A DNA stretch of 64,000 nucleotides from Lingula anatina. Its lineage: Eukaryota; Animalia; Brachiopoda. The stretch is taken from assembly GCA_051362555.1 (NCBI GenBank), contig CM120649.1:10478001-10542000 (forward strand). Direction: 5' to 3'. The position numbers and the translations under genes are program-made. Of the stretch, positions 54,734 to 64,000 are shown one piece after another (position 1 is the first letter of the stretch; every line of letters begins with the position of its first letter). A model generated the notes under the pieces. It was not told the DNA's origin. It searched no databases and worked only from the letters and a program-made list of their open reading frames with translations.

Positions 54734-57700
54734 AATGATGCCTAATAAAAATAAAAATCTGACATAATCTAAGCAGTTGACTGTGTGAAATGAAAATGAT
54801 TTTTCAGACAATATATTCGAGAAACCTCAAAATTACATTGAAAACATTGGTAAATTCCAAGGCTTAAAATAGTTAAACGTTAATAATTTTAACAAATCTG
54901 GTCATATGTTTGTGAAATTTGTACAAATGATGCCTAATAACAGTAAAAATCTGAGATAAAATTATCAGTTGACTGTGTGTAATAAAAGTGACTTTTCAGA
55001 CAATATATTCGAGAAAATGACGTTGAAAACTTTGGCAAATTCCAAGGCTTAAAATAGTTAAACGTTAATAATTTTGACAAATCTGGTCCAATGTTTGTGA
55101 AATTTGTACAAATGATGCCAAATAACAGTAAAAATCTGAGATAAAATTATCAGTTGACTGTGTGTAATTAAAGTGATTTTTCAGACAATATATTTGAGAA
55201 AACCGAAAATTACGTTGAAAACATTGGCAAATTCCAAGGCTTAAAATAGTTAAACGTTAATAATTTTAACAAATCTGGTCATATGTTTGTGAAATTTGTA
55301 CAAATGATGCCTAATAACAGTAAAAGTCTGAGATAAAATTATCAGTTGACTGTGTGTAATTAAAGTGACTTTTCAGACAATATATTCAAGAAAATCGAAA
55401 ATTACGTTGAAAACTTTGGCAAATTCCAAGGCTTAAAATAGTTAAACGTTAATAATTTTGACAAATCTGGTCCAATGTTTGTGAAATTTGTACAAATGAT
55501 GCCTAATATCAGTAAAAATCTGAGATAAAATTATCAGTTGACTGTGTTTAATTAAAGTGATTTTTCAGACAATATATTTGAGAAAACCGAAAATTACGTT
55601 GAAAACTTTGGCAAATTCCAAGGCTTAAAATAGTTAAACGTTAATGATTTTCACAAATCTGGTCATATGTTTGTGAAATTTGTACAAATGATGCCTAATA
55701 ACAATAAAAATCTGAAATAAGCTTATCACTTCACTGTTTCTAATTTAAGTGTATTTTATTAGCAATTGATTCCAGAAGAGTGAGAATTTATGAAAACAAA
55801 TATTTCAATATTCCAATAAATCATTTTATCTCAAAACAAACCATCAGATGTGATGACTTGTGTTTGTTTGTGTAGGAAGTGGCAAATTACCTATTATTGT
55901 CTTCTGAAAAGCAACATATACCCAATCAAGATTTCTCCTTACTACCAATACCAGATGCAGATTCCTCCTTACAGTGGGTTTCTGGAATCAGGCTGTTAGA
56001 ACACCATTTCACCATGTCCTAGATCTCCCACATAAAATGTATTGTACACATGGATGAGACATAGCACTGCTCTTGATGTTGTCCTTCACTGCCTGTTTTT
56101 TCTATAGGCATTAACCATGAATAGACAGATAGAGTCCGTCCACCAACAAGCCACCAGGCTGCAAGGAAAGGTTTACCTGCAAAAAGGGCAAAGTCCATGG
56201 CGTAAAATATTTAAACGTTAATAATTTTAACAAATCTGGTCCAATGTTTGTGAAATTTGTACAAATGATGCCTAATAAAAATAAAAATCTGACATAATCT
56301 AAGCAGTTGACTGTGTGAAATGAAAATGATTTTTCAGACAATATATTCGAGAAACCTCAAAATTACATTGAAAACATTGGTAAATTCCAAGGCTTAAAAT
56401 AGTTAAACGTTAATAATTTTAACAAATCTGGTCATATGTTTGTGAAATTTGTACAAATGATGCCTAATAACAGTAAAAATCTGAGATAAAATTATCAGTT
56501 GACTGTGTGTAATTAAAGTGACTTTTCAGACAATATATTCGAGAAAATGATGTTGAAAACTTTGGCAAATTCCAAGGCTTAAAATAGTTAAACGTTAATA
56601 ATTTTGACAAATCTGGTCCAATGTTTGTGAAATTTGTACAAATGATGCCTAATAAAAATAAAAATCTGACATAATCTAAGCAGTTGACTGTGTGAAATGA
56701 AAATGATTTTTCAGACAATATATTCGAGAAACCTCAAAATTACATTGAAAACATTGGTAAATTCCAAGGCTTAAAATAGTTAAACGTTAATAATTTTAAC
56801 AAATCTGGTCCAATGTTTGTGAAATTTGTACAAATGATGCCTAATATCAGTAAAAATCTGAGATAAAATTATCAGTTGACTGTGTTTAATTAAAGTGATT
56901 TTTCAGACAATATATTTGAGAAAACCGAAAATTACGTTGAAAACATTGGCAAATTCCAAGGCTTAAAATAGTTAAACGTTAATAATTTTGACAAATCTGG
57001 TCACATGTTTGTGAAATTTGTACAAATGATGCCTAATAACAATAAAAATCTGAAATAAGCTTATCACTTCACTGTTTCTAATTTAAGTGTATTTTATTAC
57101 CAATTGATTCCAGAAGAGTGAGAATTTATGAAAACAAATATTTCAATATTCCAATAAATCATTTTATCTCAAATAAAACATCAGATGTGATGACTTGTGT
57201 TTGTTTGTGTAGGAAGTGGCAAATTACCTATTATTGTCTTCTAAAAAGCAACATATACCCAATCAAGACTTCTCCTTACTACCAATACCAGATGCAGATT
57301 CCTCCTTACAGTGGGTTTCTGGAATCAGGCTGTTAGAACACCATTTCACCATGTCCTAGATCTTCCCATGTATCATGTAAATGTACACATGGATGAGACA
57401 TAGCACTGCTCTTGATGTTGTCTTTCACTGCCCGTTTTTTTTCTACACGCATTAACCATGAATAGACAGATAGAGTCCGTCAACCAATAAGCCACCAGGC
57501 CGCAAGGAAAGTTTTACCTGGAAAAAGGGCAAAGTCCATGGCTTAAAATAGTTAAACGTTAATAATTTTGACAAATCTGGTCATATGTTTGTGAAATTTG
57601 TACAAATGATGCCTAATAACAATAAAAATCTGAAATAAGTTGATCACTTCACTGTTTCTAATTTAAGTGTATTTTATTACCAATTGATTTTGGAAGAGTG

Positions 57701-58536
57701 AGAATTAATCAAAAGCAAATATTTCAACATTCCAATAAATCATTTTATCTCAAATAAAACATCAGATGTGATGACTTGTGTTTGTTTGTGTAGGAAGTGG
57801 CAAATTACCTATTATTGTCTTCTGAAAAGCAACATATACCCAATCAAGACTTCTCCTTACTACTAATACCAGATGCAGATTCCTCCTCACGGAGGGTTTC
57901 TGGAATCAGGCTGTTAGCACACCACTTCACCATGTCCTAGATCTTCCCACATATCATGTATTGTACACATGGATGAGACATAGCACTGCTCTTGTGATGT
58001 TGTCTTTCACTGCCCATTTTTTTTTCTATACACATTAGCCATGAATAGACAGATAGAGTCCGTCAACCAACAAGCCACCAGGCTACAAGGAAAGGTTTAC
58101 CTGGAAAAAGGGCAAAGTCCATGGCGTAAAATATTTAAACGTTAATAATTTTAACAAATCTGGTCCAATGTTTGTGAAATTTGTACAAATGATGCCTAAT
58201 AAAAATAAAAATCTGACATAATCTAAGCAGTTGACTGTGTGTAATGAAAATGATTTTTCAGACAATATATTCGAGAAACCTCAAAATTACGTTGAAAACA
58301 CTGGCAAATTCAACGGCTTAAAATAGTTAAACGTTAATAATTTTGACAAATATGGTTTAATATTTGTGAAATTTGAAAAAAAAGTGCCTAAGAGCAATAA
58401 AAATCTGACATAAGCTTATCAGTTGACTACGTGTAATCAAAGTGACTTTTTGCACAATATATTCAAGAAAATCGAAAATGACGTTGAAAACTTTGGCAAA
58501 TTCCAAGGCTTAAAATAGTTAAACGTTAATAATTTT

Positions 58537-59825
58537 AACAAATCTGTTCCAATGTTTGTGAAATTTGTACAAATGATGCCTAATATCAATAAAAATCTGA
58601 GATAAAATTATCAGTTGACTGTGTGTAATTAAAGTGATTTTTCAGACAATATATTCGAGAAAACCGAAAATTACGTTGAAAACATTGGCAAATTCCAAGG
58701 CTTAAAATAGTTAAATGTTAATAATTTTGACAAATCTCGTCACATGTTTGTGAAATTTGTACAAATGATGCCTAATAACAATAAAATCTGAAATAAGCTT
58801 ACCACTTCACTGTTTCTAATTTAAGTGTATTTTATTAGCAATTGATTCCAGAAGAGTGAGAATTTATGAAAACAAATATTTCAATATTCCAATAAATCAT
58901 TTTATCTCAAATAAAACATCAGATGTGATGACTTGTGTTTATTTGTGTAGGAAGTGGCAAATTACCTATTATTGTCTTCTGAAAAGCAACATATACCCAA
59001 TCAAGACTTCTCCTTACTACCAATACCAGATGCAGATTCCTCCTTACAGTGGGTTTCTGGAATCAGGCTGTTAGAACACCATTTCACCATGTCCTAGATC
59101 TTCCCATATATCATGGAATTGTACACATGGATGAGACATAGCACTGCTCTTGATGTTGTCTTTCACTGCCCGTTTTTTTTAACAAATCTGTTCCAATGTT
59201 TGTGAAATTTGTACAAATGATGCCTAATATCAATAAAAATCTGAGATAAAATTATCAGTTGACTGTGTGTAATTAAAGTGATTTTTCAGACAATATATTC
59301 GAGAAAACCGAAAATTACGTTGAAAACATTGGCAAATTCCAAGGCTTAAAATAGTTAAATGTTAATAATTTTTGACAAATCTGGTCACATGTTTGTGAAA
59401 TTTGTACAAATGATGCCTAATAACAATAAAATCTGAAATAAGCTTACCACTTCACTGTTTCTAATTTAAGTGTATTTTATTAGCAATTGATTCCAGAAGA
59501 GTGAGAATTTATGAAAACAAATATTTCAATATTCCAATAAATCATTTTATCTCAAATAAAACATCAGATGTGATGACTTGTGTTTATTTGTGTAGGAAGT
59601 GGCAAATTACCTATTATTGTCTTCTGAAAAGCAACATATACCCAATCAAGACTTCTCCTTACTACCAATACCAGATGCAGATTCCTCCTTACAGTGGGTT
59701 TCTGGAATCAGGCTGTTAGAACACCATTTCACCATGTCCTAGATCTTCCCATATATCATGGAATTGTACACATGGATGAGACATAGCACTGCTCTTGATG
59801 TTGTCTTTCACTGCCCGTTTTTTTT
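58537..59825 (+). repeat. 644/645-bp out-of-register tandem duplication with a T-run microhomology junction at about 59180
   Basis: The long unit is truncated at gcccgtttttttt and joined to aacaaatctgttcc. Both copies share the variants tctgttccaa, gttaaatgtt, aataaaatctg and tgtttatttg; ORF offset 58856->59501 = 645. Confidence 0.88.
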
Positions 59826-62800
59826 TTACACGCATTAACCATGAATAGACAGATAGAGTCCGTCCACCAACAAGCCACCAGGCTGCAAGGAAAAGTTTAC
59901 CTGCAAAAAGGGCAAAGTCCATGGCGTAAAATATTTAAACGTTAATAATTTTGACAAATCTGGTCATATGTTTGTGAAATTTGTACAAATGATGCCTAAT
60001 AACAATAAAAATCTGAAATAAGCTTATCACTTCACTGTTTCTTATTTAAGTGTATTTTATTACCAATTGATTTTGGAAGAGTGAGAATTAATCAAAAGCA
60101 AATATTTCAATATTCCAATAAATCATTTTATCTCAAAACAAACCATCAGATGTGATGACTTGTGTTTGTTTGTGTAGGAAGTGGCAAATTACCTATTATT
60201 GTCTTCTGAAAAGCAACATATACCCAATCAAGACTTCTCCTTACTACCAATACAAGATGCAGATTCCTCCTCACGGAGGGTTTCTGGAATCAGGCTGTTA
60301 GCACACCACTTCACCATGTCCTTGATCTCCCACATATCATGTATTGTACACATGGATGAGACATAGCACTGCTCTTGATGTTGTCCTTCACTGCCTGTTT
60401 TTTCTATAGGCATTAACCATGAATAGACAGATAGAGTCCGTCCACCAACAAGCCACCAGGCTGCAAGGAAAGGTTTACCTGCAAAAAGGGCAAAGTCCAT
60501 GGCATAAAATATTTAAACGTTAATAATTTTGACAAATATGGTTTAATATTTGTGAAATTTGAAAAAAAAGTGCCTAAGAGCAATAAAAATCTGACATAAG
60601 CTCATCAGTTCACTACGTGTAATCAAAGTGACTTATTGCACAATATATTCGAGAAAATCGAAAATGATGTTGAAAACTTTGGCAAATTCCAAGGCTTAAA
60701 ATAGTTAAACGTTAATGATTTTCACAAATCTGGTCATATGTTTGTGAAATTTGTACAAATGATGCCTAATAACAATAAAAATCTGAAATAAGCTTATCAC
60801 TTCACTGTTTCTAATTTAAGTGTATTTTATTAGCAATTGATTCCAGAAGAGTGAGAATTTATGAAAACAAATATTTCAATATTCCAATAAATCATTTTAT
60901 CTCAAATAAAACATCAGATGTGATGACTTGTGTTTGTTTGTGTAGGAAGTGGCAAATTACCTATTATTGTCTTCTGAAAAGCAACATATACCCAATCAAG
61001 ATTTCTCCTTACTACCAATACCAGATGCAGATTCCTCCTTACAGTGGGTTTCTGGAATCAGGCTGTTAGAACACCATTTCACCATGTCCTAGATCTCCCA
61101 CATATCATGTATTGTACACATGGATGAGACATAGCACTGCTCTTGATGTTGTCCTTCACTGCCTGTTTTTTCTATAGGCATTAACCATGAATAGACAGAT
61201 AGAGTCCGTCCACCAACAAGCCACCAGGCTGCAAGGAAAAGTTTACCTGCAAAAAGGGCAAAGTCCATGGCGTAAAATATTTAAACGTTAATAATTTTAA
61301 CAAATCTGGTCCAATGTATGTGAAATTTGTACAAATGATGCCTAATAAAAATAAAAATCTGACATAATCTAAGCAGTTGACTGTGTGTAATGAAAATGAT
61401 TTTTCAGACAATATATTCGAGAAACCTCAAAATTACGTTGAAAACACTGGCAAATTCTACGGCTTAAAATAGTTAAACGTTAATAATTTTGACAAATATG
61501 GTTTAATATTTGTGAAATTTGAAAAAAAAGTGCCTAAGAGCAATAAAAATCTGACATAATCTAAGCAGTTGACTGTGTGTAATGAAAATGATTTTTCAGA
61601 CAATATATTCGAGAAACCTCAAAATTACGTTGAAAACACTGGCAAATTCTACGGCTTAAAATAGTTAAACGTTAATAATTTTGACAAATATGGTTTAATA
61701 TTTGTGAAATTTGAAAAAAAAGTGCCTAAGAGCAATAAAAATCTGACATAAGCTTATCAGTTGACTACGTGTAATCAAAGTGACTTATTGCACAATATAT
61801 TCGAGAAAATCGAAAATGACGTTGAAAACTTTGGCAAATTCCAAGGCTTAAAATAGTTAAACGTTAATGATTTTCACAAATCTGGTCATATGTTTGTGAA
61901 ATTTGTACAAATGATGCCTAATAACAATAAAAATCTGAAATAAGCTTACCACTTCACTGTTTCTAATTTAAGTGTATTTTATTAGCAATTGATTCCAGAA
62001 GAGTGAGAATTTATGAAAACAAATATTTCAATATTCCAATAAATCATTTTATCTCAAATAAAACATCAGATGTGATGACTTGTGTTTGTTTGTGTAGGAA
62101 GTGGCAAATTACCTATTATTGTCTTCTGAAAAGCAACATATACCCAATCAAGACTTCTCCTTACTACCAATACAAGATGCAGATTCCTCCTAACAGTGGG
62201 TTTCTGGAATGAGGCTGTTAGAACACCATTTCACCATGTCCTAGATCTCCCACATATCATGTATTGTACACATGGATGAGACATAGCACTGCTCTTGATG
62301 TTGTCCTTCACTGCCTGTTTTTTCTATAGGCATTAACCATGAATAGACAGATAGAGGCCGTCCACCAACAAGCCACCAGGCTGCAAGGAAAGGTTTACCT
62401 GCAAAAAGGGCAAAGTCCATGGCGTAAAATATTTAAACGTTAATAATTTTAACAAATCTGGTCCAATGTTTGTGAAATTTGTACAAATGATGCCTAATAA
62501 AAATAAAAATCTGACATAATCTAAGCAGTTGACTGTGTGTAATGAAAATGATTTTTCAGACAATATATTCGAGAAACCTCAAAATTACATTGAAAACACT
62601 GGCAAATTCAATGGCTTAAAATAGTTAAACGTTAATAATTTTGACAAATCTGGTCACATGTTTGTGAAATTTGTACAAATGATGCCTAATAACAGTAAAA
62701 GTCTGAGATAAAATTATCAGTTGACTGTGTGTAATTAAAGTGACTTTTCAGACAATATATTCGAGAAAATAGAAAATGACGTTGAAAACATTGGCAAATT

Positions 62801-64000
62801 CCAAGGCTTAAAATAGTTAAACGTTAATGATTTTCACAAATCTGGTCATATGTTTGTGAAATTTGTACAAATGATGCCTAATAACAATAAAAATCTGAAA
62901 TAAGCTTACCACTTCACTGTTTCTAATTTAAGTGTATTTTATTAGCAATTGATTCCAGAAGAGTGAGAATTTATGAAAACAAATATTTCAATATTCCAAT
63001 AAATCATTTTATCTCAAATAAAACATCAGATGTGATGACTTGTGTTTGTTTGTGTAGGAAGTGGCAAATTACCTATTATTGTCTTCTGAAAAGCAACATA
63101 TACCCAATCAAGACTTCTCCTTACTACTAATACCAGATGCAGATTCCTCCTTACAGTGGCTTTCTGGAATGAGGTTGTTAGCACACCATTTCACCATGTC
63201 CTAGATCTTCCCACATATCATGTATTGTACACATGGATGAGACATAGCACTGCTCTTGATGTTGTCTTTCACTGCCTGTTTTTTCTATAGGCATTAACCA
63301 TGGATAGACAGATTGAGTCCGTCAACCAACAAGCCACCAGGCTGCAAGGAAATGTTTACCTGGAAAAAGGGCAAAGTCCATGGTGTAAAATAGTTATACG
63401 TTAATAATTTTAACAAATCTGGTCCAATGTTTGTGAAATTTGTACAAATGATGCCTAATAACAGTAAAAATCTGAGATAAAATTATCAGTTGACTGTGTG
63501 TAATTAAAGTGATTTTTCAGACAATATATTTGAGAAACCTCAAAATTACGTTGAAAACACTGGCAAATTCAACGGCTTAAAATAGTTAAACGTTAATAAT
63601 TTTGTCAAATATGGTTTAATATTTGTGAAATTTGAAAAAAAAGTGCCTAAGAGCAATAAAAATCTGACATAAGCTTATCAGTTGACTACGTGTAATCAAA
63701 GCAATTTTTTGCATAATATATCCGAGAAAACCGAAAATTACGTTGAAAACATTGGCAAATTCCAAGGCTTAAAATAGTTAAACGTTAATAATTTTGACAA
63801 ATCTGGTCATATGTTTGTGAAATTTGTACAAATGATGCCTAATATCAATAAAAATCTGAAATAAGCTTATCACTTCACTGTTTCTAATTTAAGTGTATTT
63901 TAATAGCAATTGATTCCAGAAGAGTGAGAATTTATGAAAACAAATATTTCAATATTCCAATAAATCATTTTATCTTAAATAAAACATCAGATGTGATGAC

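Larger units (their letters stand above)
1..64000 (+). repeat. Composite satellite DNA array (192-bp monomers interspersed with 577-580-bp long units), interrupted at 44745-45115, 46427-50724 and 53288-54733
   Basis: The anchor ccaaggcttaaaatagttaaacgttaataatttt (ccatggcgtaaaatatttaaac at long-unit ends) recurs through the whole window in one orientation, e.g. at 671, 863, 1440, 1632, 1817, 2009 (spacings 192, 577, 192, 185, 192). Confidence 0.99.

Noticed and set aside
1356-62563. Recurrent 76-aa (MSEKSFSF...), 72-aa (MRIYENKY...) and 71-aa (MSKLLTFN...) ORFs
   Set aside because: They are translations of satellite units, start at TTG/GTG rather than ATG, appear or vanish with single-base variants, and show no recognisable domain. 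Used only as positional markers.

Overview
Eukaryotic, AT-rich satellite DNA, probably centromeric or pericentromeric heterochromatin of an animal (inference). No credible protein-coding gene, rRNA, tRNA or CRISPR array is present; the recurrent 71-76 aa ORFs are artefacts of the repeat. About 90% of the window is one head-to-tail array of two unit classes: 192-bp monomers (alternating A/B subtypes, a C subtype and a 185-bp deletion subtype) and 577-580-bp long units almost exactly three monomers long. These build nested higher-order repeats of about 1.5 kb, 2.3 kb and 10.5-11.3 kb (three copies), and the window start recurs 38,499 bp away. The homogeneous left part (1 to about 42 kb) gives way to a zone with three foreign insertions and then a more diverged right flank. 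The insertions are a 371-bp insert flanked by a 153-bp target duplication, a 4,298-bp TA-flanked TIR element with no transposase ORF, and a 1,446-bp Helentron-type non-autonomous element (HINE). All coordinates were read by eye; no database search was possible.
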